Shown here piece after piece: positions 39,326-49,705 of a stretch of 64,000 bases of DNA. This DNA is from Thermoproteus sp. (lineage in GTDB: Archaea > Thermoproteota > Thermoprotei > Thermoproteales > Thermoproteaceae). The notes beneath the pieces are model-generated. The model saw only the letters and a program-made list of their open reading frames with translations. It was not told where the DNA came from and ran no database searches. Each line of letters opens with the position of its first letter. The stretch's first letter is position 1. Made by a program: the position numbers and the translations under genes. The stretch is from contig JBMFIG010000001.1 in NCBI GenBank assembly GCA_049976425.1, forward strand, positions 224,001 through 288,000, in the 5' to 3' direction.

Positions 39326-40220
39326 GACCAAGCTCGGCGAGTTCTTGTTGGGGCCCATTGATCTGACCGTTGAGGGCGGGTACTTGGTGGTGATGGGGCC
39401 TAACGGGGCCGGTAAGACCACCTTGCTTAAGGTAATTGCCGGGATCTTGAAGGCCGAGGGCTCGATCGTGTTGGACGGGATCGAGATATCCAGGTTGCCG
39501 CCTGAGAAGAGGAACATAGCCTATGTGCCCCAGTCCTACGCCTTGTTCGACAACATGACCGTCTACGCCAACATAGAATTCGGCCTGCGGATGCGCGGCG
39601 TTCCGCGCGAGGAGAGGAGGAAGGCGGTCGCCGAGATAGCGGATAGGCTGGGCATAAAGGAGCTGTTGCAGAGGACGCCTAGACAGCTGTCCGGCGGACA
39701 GAGGCAGAGGGTCGCGCTGGCCAGGGCGTTGGTCGTGAGGCCTAGGCTACTCCTGCTCGACGAGCCTATGGCCGGGCTAGACCCCGACATCAAGGAGACG
39801 GCCCTCCCGCTGTTGCGGAGCTTGCCCCAGGAGTACGGCATCCCGGTTGTGCACGTCACGCACGACCGCGACGAGGCCTATTCGCTCGGCGATCTTGTGG
39901 CCGTTATGTACGGGGGGAGGATCGTGGAGATGGGGGAGGTAGAGGAGGTATTCGCCGAGCCCAGACACGCCGTGACTGCTAGGCTGGTCGGATTCCAGAT
40001 ACTCAGACTCGAGGGGAGGTGTTTCGGGGTGAGGCCCGAGGACGTCGTGGTGGGATCGGGGCGTATTAGGGGACGTATAGTGCAGACGTTGCGATCCACT
40101 AGAGGCGTCAAGATCCTCCTCGACATCGACGGCCAGCAGATATGGGCATATGCGGACTCGGGGAGGCCGGGCGACGACGTGGAGGTGGAGCTGGCCAGGC
40201 TCGTGCCCCTCGAGTGTTAA
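39303..40220 (+). CDS. wtpC: Mo/W ABC ATP-binding protein
   Basis: GPNGAGKT, LSGGQRQR, LLLDEP, HVTHD, TOBE-like tail. Confidence 0.88.
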   Translation: MLELRGVRTKLGEFLLGPIDLTVEGGYLVVMGPNGAGKTTLLKVIAGILKAEGSIVLDGIEISRLPPEKRNIAYVPQSYALFDNMTVYANIEFGLRMRGVPREERRKAVAEIADRLGIKELLQRTPRQLSGGQRQRVALARALVVRPRLLLLDEPMAGLDPDIKETALPLLRSLPQEYGIPVVHVTHDRDEAYSLGDLVAVMYGGRIVEMGEVEEVFAEPRHAVTARLVGFQILRLEGRCFGVRPEDVVVGSGRIRGRIVQTLRSTRGVKILLDIDGQQIWAYADSGRPGDDVEVELARLVPLEC

Positions 40221-40426
40221 GGCGATAAGGCTATAGTAGCGATAAGCGTCATTATCGCCGCCTGTGTTAAGATTATGACAACTATCACGACGAGTTCCCT
40301 CCCCCTGACGCATCTCAAGAGGTTCCTCCCACAACCTGGAGTTCTGCTGAGCAGGAGGAGGTACGTCGCGGTCACCATCAGCGCGTAGACCGCCGTCGCT
40401 AACGCCACCGCCTCCGGTATCGACAT
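40217..40426 (-). CDS. small two-TM membrane protein
   Basis: MSIPEAVALATAVYALMV...; ATG at 40426 with TATAAA about 25 nt upstream. Confidence 0.55.
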   Translation of the reverse strand: MSIPEAVALATAVYALMVTATYLLLLSRTPGCGRNLLRCVRGRELVVIVVIILTQAAIMTLIATIALSP

Positions 40427-40477
40427 AATACGGCGTCTTGACGGGCCAGGTTTATATATCGTTATCCCCATATCACT

Positions 40478-41962
40478 GTGATAATCATCCACGGGCATTT
40501 TTACCAGCCGCCTAGGGAGGACCCTTGGCTGGAGACAATACTGCCGGAGCCGTCGGCTGCGCCGTATCGACACTGGAACGAGCGGATCACCTTCGAGTGC
40601 TATGAGCCGAACGCCTTGTTGGGCAACTACACCTGGATCAGTTTCGATTTCGGCCCCACACTATTGGACTGGCTGAGGCGGAGGAGGCCCCACGTATACA
40701 GCGCCATAATAGAGGCCGACAAGATAGGGCAGGAGAGGTGGGGCCACGGAAACGCCATAGCGCATCCCTACTACCACGCAATACTGCCCCTCCTCGACAG
40801 GAGGGATAAGGAGGTGCTGGTGGAGTGGGGCATCAAGCACTTCGAGAGGCATTTCGGGCGATATCCAGAAGGCATGTGGTTGCCCGAGATGGCCGTCGAC
40901 GTCGAGACCCTGGAGGTGTTAGCCGAGTACGACATCAAGTTCACGATACTCACGCAGAGGCAGGTGAGAGACGGCAAGCCGGGAGGCCCCTACGAGGTCT
41001 TTCTGCCCTCCGGCAGAAAGATCCTGGTGTTTGTCAGAGACGAGGCGCTGTCCGACAAGATAGCCTTCGGCGGACCCGACGAGTTGCCGAAGGCCATGGA
41101 GGCCGCGCCCCGCGACGCCGTGACGTTGATAGCGCTGGACGGCGAGACTTTCGGACACCACAAAAAAGGCGAGGAGAGAGTGCTGGCGGCCGCGACGGCG
41201 AGGTACGGGGCGTACATGGCCAACTTGGGCTACGCCGCTGAGAAGGTTAAACCGCTAGGCGCCGTCGAGGTAATACCGGGCACCTCCTGGAGTTGTCCGC
41301 ACGGTCTGGGCAGATGGACCAGAGACTGCGGATGCGACGGCCCGGCCCCCTGGAGACAGCCATTGAGAGAGGCCATCAACTGGCTGAACGACAAGGTCGA
41401 CGAGGCGTTTGAGCGGTGGAGCGAGAGGAGAGGCGTAGACGGCTGGGCGCTTCTGAAGAGGTACGTGGAGGTCCTCCTGGGGAAAAACGCCGAGGTCTTC
41501 GCGAGGGAGGTAGCCCCCTCGATACCCCCGCGCGAGCTATTAGGCATGTTAGAGATGGAGAGGGCTAAGCTGGCGGCGAACACCAGCGACGCTTGGTTCT
41601 TCGCCAGGTTGGGCCTCGAGGCCGGCATATCGGTTAAATGGGCGGTGCGCGCGTTGGAACTACTCGGCGATAAGGAGGCCTTAGACGAGTTCTTGAAGAT
41701 GCTGGGCAACATCAAGGGCGAGCCGGCCGGGAACGCGTCGGCTTTAGTCCCCGCGCTCCGCGGACCTATAGTCGCTGCCTCGATAGCGCTCGCCTCGACC
41801 GTATCGGGCTACTCCGTCGAGGAGCTAGGGCCCTACCAGATAAGCCTAAACGGGACCAAGGTCAAGATCGTCGATAGGAGGACTTTCGAGAGTTGGGAAC
41901 TGGACTACTCGGAGTTCGGAGTCCCAGTACTAAAAGCAATAGAGCCAGAAGCCAAGGAATAA
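40478..41962 (+). CDS. glycoside hydrolase family 57 (DUF3536-type)
   Basis: IHGHFYQPPRE.PW, GPTLL, HAILPL, GMWLPE, DGETFGHH, SWSCPHG..RW. Confidence 0.9.
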   Translation: MIIIHGHFYQPPREDPWLETILPEPSAAPYRHWNERITFECYEPNALLGNYTWISFDFGPTLLDWLRRRRPHVYSAIIEADKIGQERWGHGNAIAHPYYHAILPLLDRRDKEVLVEWGIKHFERHFGRYPEGMWLPEMAVDVETLEVLAEYDIKFTILTQRQVRDGKPGGPYEVFLPSGRKILVFVRDEALSDKIAFGGPDELPKAMEAAPRDAVTLIALDGETFGHHKKGEERVLAAATARYGAYMANLGYAAEKVKPLGAVEVIPGTSWSCPHGLGRWTRDCGCDGPAPWRQPLREAINWLNDKVDEAFERWSERRGVDGWALLKRYVEVLLGKNAEVFAREVAPSIPPRELLGMLEMERAKLAANTSDAWFFARLGLEAGISVKWAVRALELLGDKEALDEFLKMLGNIKGEPAGNASALVPALRGPIVAASIALASTVSGYSVEELGPYQISLNGTKVKIVDRRTFESWELDYSEFGVPVLKAIEPEAKE

Positions 41963-42003
41963 ACAACCTTACATGGCGCACATTTGTTTAGTACATATTA
42001 CAT

Positions 42004-43218
42004 ATGTCAACTTATAACGCCCCCCAATTCCTCACACCCGTGAGGGCCTTCTCGGAGAGGCTGGCCTACTTGAGGGAAAGCCCAACGCGCAAGATCGACG
42101 CATTGAGGGAGAGGCTGAGAAGGGAGGGGAGGGACGTGATAGTGCTGTCCGCCGGACAGCCGAGCATACCTCCTCCCGTAGAGGTGAGGAGAAGGCTCGC
42201 CGAATTGTTGCAGGAGGAGAGCATGGAGCTCTACGGCTATACCCCAAGCCAAGGCATCTACGAGCTCAGAGAGGCAGTCTCCGAGGACTTGAAGAGGCTG
42301 GGCGGCCTCGACGTCCCGCCCGATCAGATAACCATAACCGCGGGAGGCCAAGCCGCCATGTTCTCGACCTTGGCGACCATAATAGAGCCGGGCGACGAGG
42401 TGGTATTGATGGACCCCACGTATTTCGGATATAAGCCGCTGGTCGAGTACTTCGGGGCGAAGATCATAAGGCACAGGACGTATCTGGAGAACGACTACCA
42501 GCCGGATGTGGAGAGGCTTAAGGAGCAGATCACGCCGAAGACTAAGGCCTTGATACTCGTCTCGCCGGATAACCCGACGGGCAGGTTGTTGAGCCCCGAG
42601 GCCGCCAAGGCGCTGGCCGACCTGGCGGTGGACCACGATATATGGCTGGTGACCGACGAGGCTTACAAGACCATGATCTACGAGGGGGAGCACGTCTACC
42701 TATACAAGCTGGCGCCGGAACACGTCATATCGATAAACACCTTCTCTAAGGATCCGGCCATACCCGGCTGGAGGCTGGGCTACGTCTACGGGCCTAAGGA
42801 TGCCGTATCTAAGATAAAGTTGGTGAACGAGGAGATGGTCTACTGTCCTCCGTCCTTCGCCCAGAGGATGGTCGCTATATACCTCAAATCGGACGTCCGG
42901 TTTAAGTATATCAAGGAGTTTGTGGCGGCCTACAGAGCCAGGAGGGACATCGTGATAGACGCGCTTAGGCGGTACGTGCCCGACGGCAGATTCAAGGTGC
43001 CGCAGGGCTCCATGTTCGTCTTCGTCGACCTATCCAAGTACATAGCCGACGGCGAGGCCTTCGCCCAGAAGTTGCTTGAGGAGTACTCGGTGGCGTTGGT
43101 GCCGGGGAGCTACTTCAGCGACGTCTACAAGGCCGCCGTCAGGATCTCCTTCGTCGCCGAGAGGCCGGAGAGGCTGGTGGAGGGGGTGAGGCGCATAGGC
43201 GAGGCCCTCGCCAAATAG
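42004..43218 (+). CDS. class I/II PLP aminotransferase
   Basis: SPDNPTG, DEAY, NTFSK..PGWRLG. Confidence 0.93.
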   Translation: MSTYNAPQFLTPVRAFSERLAYLRESPTRKIDALRERLRREGRDVIVLSAGQPSIPPPVEVRRRLAELLQEESMELYGYTPSQGIYELREAVSEDLKRLGGLDVPPDQITITAGGQAAMFSTLATIIEPGDEVVLMDPTYFGYKPLVEYFGAKIIRHRTYLENDYQPDVERLKEQITPKTKALILVSPDNPTGRLLSPEAAKALADLAVDHDIWLVTDEAYKTMIYEGEHVYLYKLAPEHVISINTFSKDPAIPGWRLGYVYGPKDAVSKIKLVNEEMVYCPPSFAQRMVAIYLKSDVRFKYIKEFVAAYRARRDIVIDALRRYVPDGRFKVPQGSMFVFVDLSKYIADGEAFAQKLLEEYSVALVPGSYFSDVYKAAVRISFVAERPERLVEGVRRIGEALAK

Positions 43219-43221
43219 CGC

Positions 43222-44178
43222 CTACTTGCAGACGCCCTTTGTGAGGCAGAGGTAGCCTCGCTCGTTCGCCTTTATCAGCTCTGCCCTCATCTTCAGAAGC
43301 CTCTTGAGCGCCTCGGATTTGACGAGGCGCCAGTCGTCGCCTCTCGGAACCGCCAGTCTGACCAAGACTATTACATAGTCCTTATCGCTCTGCTCGTTGA
43401 GGTAGACGCCCCTCACATCTAGGTCGGACAGCAACTCCCTGATCTGCCCCTCGAGCTTGTCGACGTCTATCACCGACAGCGGGAGCTCTACCCTCACGTT
43501 GACTATGCGTTGTTGCGACCACTGCGACGTCGACTCGTCGACTACCGCTCCGCCCAGCAGTATCGAGTTGGGTATCTTCAGCTCGTTGCCTTGATCCGTC
43601 ACCACGACCGTGTAGAACAGATTTACCTCGACCACTTTCCCCTTGAAGCCGGGGTGTATGTAGTCAGGCGAGAAGTACTTGTAGGGAGGGTTGAGGGCCC
43701 ATTGGTACGGCACCTGCCAGTTGAGCACCCTCACCACGTCGCCCACCCTGACGAAGTTCGTCGCTATTATGAGAATGCCGGCGAATAGATTGCCCAAGGT
43801 AGGCTGGAGCGCAAGGCCGAGTACAATGCCGGCGACCGTGCCGCCCAACAACGCTATCTGGCTGGTCGCCCCTATCTTTAAGAACCCGGCGGTTATAGCC
43901 GCTATGTAGCCCAACACCTTGAACGTGTTCCCCACCGCATACGCCCTATCGCCTATCTTCGGCCACAAGACCGATATTATGAAGTCGCCCAGCGCCTTGA
44001 CTCCGGCCACGCCAGCGCCGATTATAACGGCCGCCTTGGCTACGTCGAAGACGTAGGACGGCAGGCCCTTAAGCTCGGCGGCGAGAATATCGATCAATAT
44101 ATAGATCGCGGCCCCTACTACTCCGATGGATATCAGCTCGGATACTACCCTTAGCAGAGCCAGGGTAGCCCGCCTCAT
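43222..44178 (-). CDS. MscS mechanosensitive channel
   Basis: GIVLGLALQPTLGNLFAG, VGDVV, IPNS. Confidence 0.9.
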   Translation of the reverse strand: MRRATLALLRVVSELISIGVVGAAIYILIDILAAELKGLPSYVFDVAKAAVIIGAGVAGVKALGDFIISVLWPKIGDRAYAVGNTFKVLGYIAAITAGFLKIGATSQIALLGGTVAGIVLGLALQPTLGNLFAGILIIATNFVRVGDVVRVLNWQVPYQWALNPPYKYFSPDYIHPGFKGKVVEVNLFYTVVVTDQGNELKIPNSILLGGAVVDESTSQWSQQRIVNVRVELPLSVIDVDKLEGQIRELLSDLDVRGVYLNEQSDKDYVIVLVRLAVPRGDDWRLVKSEALKRLLKMRAELIKANERGYLCLTKGVCK

Positions 44179-45092
44179 TCCTCCTCGCCCTCCTCCAGGC
44201 TTTTAGGCTCTGCGGGCATTAGCTTGTACAGCTCTTTCCTACGCGCCTCCAGCAACTCGTCCTCTCTGCCGAGCAGGCCCGCATATGTCTTGACCTCCAC
44301 GCCGGCCTCCGAGGCGGCCTTGAAGACCGGCTCGAGCTTGGCCCTCCAGTCGAGGTCCCTCAAGGCGTGGTGGGCCACTACAAGCGTCTCTAGGCCGGGC
44401 ATCCGGGCCAGCCTAGCCAGATAGCCCACGCCGATGCTCCACTCAAAGCCGGCTAGGTACGTGGGCGGCCCGCCGACGACGGCTATGGTCGGCCTGGCCT
44501 CCTCGGCGAAGCGGACAGCCGCCTCGTTGGCCGGCCCCTGCACGTCCGGCATATACAGGAGGCGCTCCTCGCCGTCCTCTACCAGAAACGCCAGCACGAA
44601 GCCTGTCTTGGCGCCTTCAGGTCCGTGGGGCAACGGCGGCGAGGCGGTCACCGTGGTGCGGTCGAACCGATAGCTCTTGCCATCCGCGTACTCTATCTCC
44701 GCTATCTTCTCCACAGCCTTCTTGAAGCCGTAGTGCCGCCTGCGCTGGCTCCAGTTGATGCCCTGAGGCGACTTCGCCAATATCAATTTCTTCTTGTATA
44801 TCTCGACGTACGTCGAATCGTCTGTGGCCATGTAGACGCTCTTGTACCACGGAGTGAAGTGATCTCTATGGTAGTGGGATACCGTCACCACGTCTGCGGC
44901 CGCCGCATACTCAAGAAGTTTGGCCCGCAGTTCTTGCACCCTCCTTATCTCTAATGGATGTGGGGGAAGGCCAAAGCGTCTGGGGGATAGGGAGATCCCT
45001 GCATCGAACAGGATAGCCACGTCGCGCGTCTTCACGAACAGCGCCATGGACCTCACCCCCAGGCTTTCCTCCGCTATGGGCACTACCTCCAC
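44175..45092 (-). CDS. metallo-beta-lactamase fold hydrolase (UPF0282-like)
   Basis: ESLGVRSM, PRRFGLPPHP, SHYHRDH, DVQGP, HHALRD. Confidence 0.85.
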   Translation of the reverse strand: MEVVPIAEESLGVRSMALFVKTRDVAILFDAGISLSPRRFGLPPHPLEIRRVQELRAKLLEYAAAADVVTVSHYHRDHFTPWYKSVYMATDDSTYVEIYKKKLILAKSPQGINWSQRRRHYGFKKAVEKIAEIEYADGKSYRFDRTTVTASPPLPHGPEGAKTGFVLAFLVEDGEERLLYMPDVQGPANEAAVRFAEEARPTIAVVGGPPTYLAGFEWSIGVGYLARLARMPGLETLVVAHHALRDLDWRAKLEPVFKAASEAGVEVKTYAGLLGREDELLEARRKELYKLMPAEPKSLEEGEEE

Positions 45093-45163
45093 GCCGAAAA
45101 GCGCCGGTGGCGTATATTAAGGTTATCCGCCTCCGGCGCGTTTTGGCGGGCGCCGCGAGTCGG

Positions 45164-46114
45164 TCAGCGGAGCTCCTCGGACAGAGCGACTATGAGCTCC
45201 ACCGTGTACCTCAAGTCGTCTTTGTGGACCATCTCCACCGGCGAGTGGGAGTATTTCGAGAGTATGCCGATGGACACGGCGGGTATCCCCGATACGAAGA
45301 AGGCGGCCGCGTCGGTCCCTCCGCCGCCTGCGCCTATCTGGACCGGGATGCCTCTCCTCCTCGCTATTTCCAAAATCTTCTTGGCCAGCTTGTTGTTGTA
45401 GGCGCCGTAGTTGTCGAAAATTCTGATTACGGGTCCCTGCCCCGGCTTAACGCCCCCCGTGAAGTTCGGGTGGCAACAGGCGGTTGTATCCACTATCACT
45501 GCGCTCTTTATGTTGGATCTGCTAGCCAGAGCTCTCGCGCCCATGAGGCCCACCTCCTCCTGGACTGTCCACACGAAAGTTGCGTCGGCCCCTCTCCTAT
45601 AGGCCTCAAGAAGCGCCCAACATCCCGATCTATCGTCGACGGCAGTGGCCGAGATGAACTTGCCCATCTCCGCGTAGCGTCTGGAGAAGGCGGCAGGCGT
45701 CATCGGCGCAATCCCCAGAGACTCCGCCTCTTGTCTGCTCGACACGCCTATATCTATGTATAGGTCCTGCCAGGAGATCTGTTGTTGCTGTTGCTGGAAG
45801 TGTGGAGGGGCTATGCCTATCACCCCCTCCAACCTGAAGCCGTCGCCGTAGAGCGTCACGGCGGTTCCGGGCAAGATCTTGTCGTCGATCCCGCCGACCT
45901 TTCTGAACTTAAGCCTTCCGTCGTCCTCGATCGAGGTCACCAGCAACCCGACCTCGTCCATATGGGCAACGAAGGCTATCCCCGACCTGCCGCCGACAGC
46001 TACATTGCCGAAATCGTCCACCGAGGCGTCGCCCACAGCCTCCAATATCTTGCGCCTTACGTCGTCTTCGAAGCCGGAAACCCCGTAGGCTCCCGTAAGC
46101 GCCGCCAAATCCAT
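45164..46114 (-). CDS. M42 family aminopeptidase
   Basis: SGFE, AHMDEVG, DDRSG, VQEEVGL, GGTDA, HSPVE. Confidence 0.93.
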   Translation of the reverse strand: MDLAALTGAYGVSGFEDDVRRKILEAVGDASVDDFGNVAVGGRSGIAFVAHMDEVGLLVTSIEDDGRLKFRKVGGIDDKILPGTAVTLYGDGFRLEGVIGIAPPHFQQQQQQISWQDLYIDIGVSSRQEAESLGIAPMTPAAFSRRYAEMGKFISATAVDDRSGCWALLEAYRRGADATFVWTVQEEVGLMGARALASRSNIKSAVIVDTTACCHPNFTGGVKPGQGPVIRIFDNYGAYNNKLAKKILEIARRRGIPVQIGAGGGGTDAAAFFVSGIPAVSIGILSKYSHSPVEMVHKDDLRYTVELIVALSEELR

Positions 46115-46247
46115 ATAGGATAAACCTAAGCTGAATTAAATTAGTTGCGTTGAGATGCGCTTGAGGCGTCCCTCGGCGGCCGTATCTTCTAGGATAGAGC
46201 TAATTATTTTCCGGACAGCGCCTATATTATCGAGCCGCTGTAGCTCC

Positions 46248-47006
46248 ATGTTGCGGATCCTAGAGCCGGAGCCGCGCGAGGCCGCGGCGTTCATAAATAC
46301 AAACCGCAGAAGGGGGCTTATCGCGGTGTTCTGCATATGTGGAGGCACATATAGGGGACGGGCGGCGGCCGACCTCCCGACAGGCCCCTACCTGATCTTA
46401 ATCAAGCCGGACGGATCGTTGTTGGTGCACGGCTCCGAGAAGGCGACGCCCTTAGTGTGGAACCCTCCAGGCTCCTCTAATATGGCTGTTGTCGAGGGCG
46501 GGACCCTCGTGCTGAAGTCCTTGAGGACTAGGCCTAGCGAGTCTGTGGTCCTCAAGGTAGAGAGGGTTTTCGAGATTGTCCTCTTCGATGCTGGGAGCTC
46601 GTCGGTGAGGTTGCGCGGCACCGAGAAGGACGTCGTCGACGTGCTCGTAAAGAACCCCGACATCATAGAGCCGGGTCTTAAGGTAGTCGGCGTCGAGGTG
46701 CCCACCGAGGCCGGACATATAGACATATTGGCCATCGACAAGGACGGCGAGTATATAGTCGTCGAGGTCAAACGGGATGTGGCAGATCACGAGGCGGTCT
46801 TTCAGCTACGCCGCTATGTAGAGGCCGTGGCCAAGGCCCGCGGACGGGCGCGGGGGATCCTCGTCGCCGCCGACATAACATCGTCGGCCTTTCACTATCT
46901 TAGAGAGTACAATCTAGATTTTGTAAAGATCAGGCCTAGGGAGTTGGCGGAGAAACTTTTAAATAAGACCGACTTTAGGGATACGTCTATCGACGTGGAG
47001 AAATAA
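46248..47006 (+). CDS. nucS: mismatch endonuclease NucS/EndoMS
   Basis: YRGRA, IKPDGSLLVH, P..WNPPG, E, IDIL, VEVKR, QLRRY. Confidence 0.92.
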   Translation: MLRILEPEPREAAAFINTNRRRGLIAVFCICGGTYRGRAAADLPTGPYLILIKPDGSLLVHGSEKATPLVWNPPGSSNMAVVEGGTLVLKSLRTRPSESVVLKVERVFEIVLFDAGSSSVRLRGTEKDVVDVLVKNPDIIEPGLKVVGVEVPTEAGHIDILAIDKDGEYIVVEVKRDVADHEAVFQLRRYVEAVAKARGRARGILVAADITSSAFHYLREYNLDFVKIRPRELAEKLLNKTDFRDTSIDVEK

Positions 47007-47200
47007 TTCACTTGTATCACTCACATATAAAGATATATTTGCTGTTCATATTTAAATAGATTTACTTATTTATTGGTACAATTATTGTATCAATATCAAT
47101 ATTATATTTTTTATTTTTCAGTAATATCTTTCAGAATCGGGCGGTCGTTCTGGAGTCTTAGCTAAAAAGCTTTCTTTTAAATTAATATCGATGTATCTAC

Positions 47201-47437
47201 ATGTACTGGGTATTAGTAGACTGGAAGGAAGGCCGCGTCCTAGTGACGGGCCGGCCTTCCGATGTCGACGAGCTGAGGGAGTGGGACGTGGCGTACGAGG
47301 CAGAGAGCTGGGATGAAGCTTACCAGGCGGCCTTATTGATAGCGGACGAGGAGGACTTCGTCGTCGAGTGGTATCTGGAGGAGGAGATCGGACGGAAGAC
47401 CAAAAAGCGCCTAGTGGGCCTTAAGAACGTCCAGTAA
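47201..47437 (+). CDS. small acidic hypothetical protein
   Basis: 78-aa ORF after an AT-rich promoter region. Confidence 0.65.
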   Translation: MYWVLVDWKEGRVLVTGRPSDVDELREWDVAYEAESWDEAYQAALLIADEEDFVVEWYLEEEIGRKTKKRLVGLKNVQ

Positions 47438-48760
47438 TATTTCCACTCCTCTCATAGCCATCCTCTCCGGTATCACTAACGGCGGTGCGATCCTCACGGT
47501 CGAGAGGCCGGCGCCTATAACAGCCAGACCGCGCTTGAAGCTCTTCAGCAGGACCTCGTCTAGGTATTTGGCAGGCTTCCTCCCCTCGTCGAGGAGCTCG
47601 ACGCCTATCATCAAGCCGAGGCCCCTCACGTCGTGTCTGCCCTTCAGCTCCTCCGCCAAGGCCTTCTTGATCTCGTCGCCTAGCCTCGCGGCGTGTTCCA
47701 GAAGGCCTTCCTCCTCTATTACGTCTATAGTGGCTAGGGACGCGGCGGCCGCCACGGGATTCCCGCCGAAGGTGTTGGCGTGGGCGCCCTTGGGGAGCGA
47801 CATCACGTCGGCTCTGCCTATTATGGCGCCCATCGGCAAGCCGGAGGCTATGGCCTTGGCGGTCGCGATCAGATCCGGCTCGACGCCGAAGTGCTCGACG
47901 GCGAACCAACGGCCGGTCCTCCCGAAGCCTGTCTGGACCTCGTCTACCGCAAGCAGTATCCCGTGCTCTCTGGTGATCTTGCGGAGGCCTTGCATGAATC
48001 CTCGCGGAGGCACTACGTATCCCCCTTCACCCTGTATCGGCTCTATCAACACGGCGGCTACCTCGTCCGGGCTGACGAGCCTCTTGAAGACCCACTCCTC
48101 GATGAACTCGAGCGCGTACTGACCGCACTCCTCGGGATCTTTGGCCTTGAAGGGGCAGTGGACGGGGTGGGGATAGGGCACGTGCACCACGTTGGGCATC
48201 ATGGGCGAGAAGTACTTCCTGTGCACCGGCTTGGACGCCGTGAGAGACATTGAGGCGTAGGTCCTGCCGTGGAACGCGCCGTAGAACGCTATTATGTAGG
48301 GCCTCTGCCCCTTGAAGTATCCCCTGGCTATCTTGACCAGACCCTCGATGGACTCGGTGCCGCTGTTTGTGAAGAAGACCTTCTTTTGGCCGGAGATGGG
48401 GGCTATGGAGACGAGCTTCTCGGCCAGCCTAACCGCGATCTCGTAGTAGAAGTCGGTGAGGGAGTAGTGGAGGAATAGCTCCGACTGTCGCCGGATGGCC
48501 TCCACGACTTTGGGGTGGGCGTGTCCGGTCGCCGTGACGGCTATGCCGGCGTTGTAGTCGATATAGAGGTTGCCGTCTACGTCCTCGACGACGGGGCCGT
48601 AGCCTCTGGCGATGACGAGAGGATACCAGCGGACGAACGACTGCATGAGCACCGCCTCGTCCCTCCTGATCACCTCCAGCGCCTTCGGGCCGGGCGGCTC
48701 CACCCTCATCGCGGGCACCTTGTCGGGATCTATCTGGGGCCAGTGCCATTTGGGCGGCAT
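47411..48760 (-). CDS. class III aminotransferase (GABA/ornithine-type)
   Basis: NSGTE, FHGRT, EPIQGEGG, DEVQTGFGRTG, AKAIASG, TFGGNP. Confidence 0.93.
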   Translation of the reverse strand: MPPKWHWPQIDPDKVPAMRVEPPGPKALEVIRRDEAVLMQSFVRWYPLVIARGYGPVVEDVDGNLYIDYNAGIAVTATGHAHPKVVEAIRRQSELFLHYSLTDFYYEIAVRLAEKLVSIAPISGQKKVFFTNSGTESIEGLVKIARGYFKGQRPYIIAFYGAFHGRTYASMSLTASKPVHRKYFSPMMPNVVHVPYPHPVHCPFKAKDPEECGQYALEFIEEWVFKRLVSPDEVAAVLIEPIQGEGGYVVPPRGFMQGLRKITREHGILLAVDEVQTGFGRTGRWFAVEHFGVEPDLIATAKAIASGLPMGAIIGRADVMSLPKGAHANTFGGNPVAAAASLATIDVIEEEGLLEHAARLGDEIKKALAEELKGRHDVRGLGLMIGVELLDEGRKPAKYLDEVLLKSFKRGLAVIGAGLSTVRIAPPLVIPERMAMRGVEILLDVLKAH

Positions 48761-48804
48761 GTCTACACATACCTACCTTCTATTAAAGTTATATAGCCCT
48801 ATTT

Positions 48805-48867
48805 AGTCAGCTGGCTCCTAAATCGTCACCGGGCGTAGCCCCTCGGGAACCCAGCCCCAATCACCGC
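48805..48867 (-). ncRNA. C/D box sRNA
   Basis: Minus strand GTGATTG (48864-48858), D' CCGA, GGGCTACGCCC hairpin, C' GTGACGA, D CTGA (48810-48807); intergenic. Confidence 0.7.
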
Positions 48868-48913
48868 GGATACTACGGATCCGAATTTTTAAGCTCATTT
48901 CGGGGAACCGGAC

Positions 48914-49666
48914 ATGGCGGTGTTGGAGATTAGGAATCTGCACGTCGCCGTAGACGGCAAGAGGATACTTAGAGGCGTCACTCTGTCGGTCAAGTCCGGC
49001 GAGGTGGTGGCCTTGATGGGGCCCAACGGTAGCGGCAAGTCCACGTTGTTCCAGACCATAGCGGGCAACCCTCGCTATGAGGTCGTGGACGGCGACATTC
49101 TCCTAGACGGCGTGTCCATAAAGGGTCTCGCCCCCGAGGAGCGGTTCGCCAAAGGCATCTTCGTCGGGTTCCAGTCCCCCATCGCGGTTCCCGAGGTCCG
49201 CTTCGCCTTTTTGATACAAGCGATGCTTAACAAGAGGGCGGGCAAGAAGCTCGGCGATGCCAATCCGAGGCTGGGCGAGGCGTATAAGCTCGCCGGCGAG
49301 CTCGGGCTGAGGCCCGACGTATTCAATAGAGGAATAGGGGCCGGCTTCAGCGGCGGCGAGTTCAAACGCGCCGAGGTCCTGCTGGCTTTGATGGTGAAGC
49401 CGTCGATAGCCATCCTCGACGAGCCCGACTCGGGCCTCGACGTGGACGGCATGGCAGCCGTGAGCAAGGCCTTGACGAGGCTAGTTGAGGGCGGGACGGG
49501 CGTGCTCCTGTCGACGCACTACGCGCGCATCTTGAAGTTCCTGGAGCCCGACAGGGTCTACGTCATGTACGACGGCAGGCTCGTCCTTGAGGGAGGGCCC
49601 GAGATAGCCAGGAAGGTCGAGGAGGCAGGATACGAACAGCTCTTCAAGGAGTCGGGCCTCCCCTAG
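48914..49666 (+). CDS. sufC: Fe-S assembly ATPase SufC
   Basis: MGPNGSGKST, FQSP, GFSGGEFKR, LDEPDSGLDVD, THY. Confidence 0.95.
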   Translation: MAVLEIRNLHVAVDGKRILRGVTLSVKSGEVVALMGPNGSGKSTLFQTIAGNPRYEVVDGDILLDGVSIKGLAPEERFAKGIFVGFQSPIAVPEVRFAFLIQAMLNKRAGKKLGDANPRLGEAYKLAGELGLRPDVFNRGIGAGFSGGEFKRAEVLLALMVKPSIAILDEPDSGLDVDGMAAVSKALTRLVEGGTGVLLSTHYARILKFLEPDRVYVMYDGRLVLEGGPEIARKVEEAGYEQLFKESGLP

Positions 49667-49705
49667 CGGGTCGGCAACAATATAACTATCATTCGAGATT
49701 CCTAC

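Noticed and set aside
45779-45796. CAG/CAA run encoding six Gln in the M42 peptidase
   Set aside because: Short, in frame, in a variable loop; no sign of a phase-variable tract
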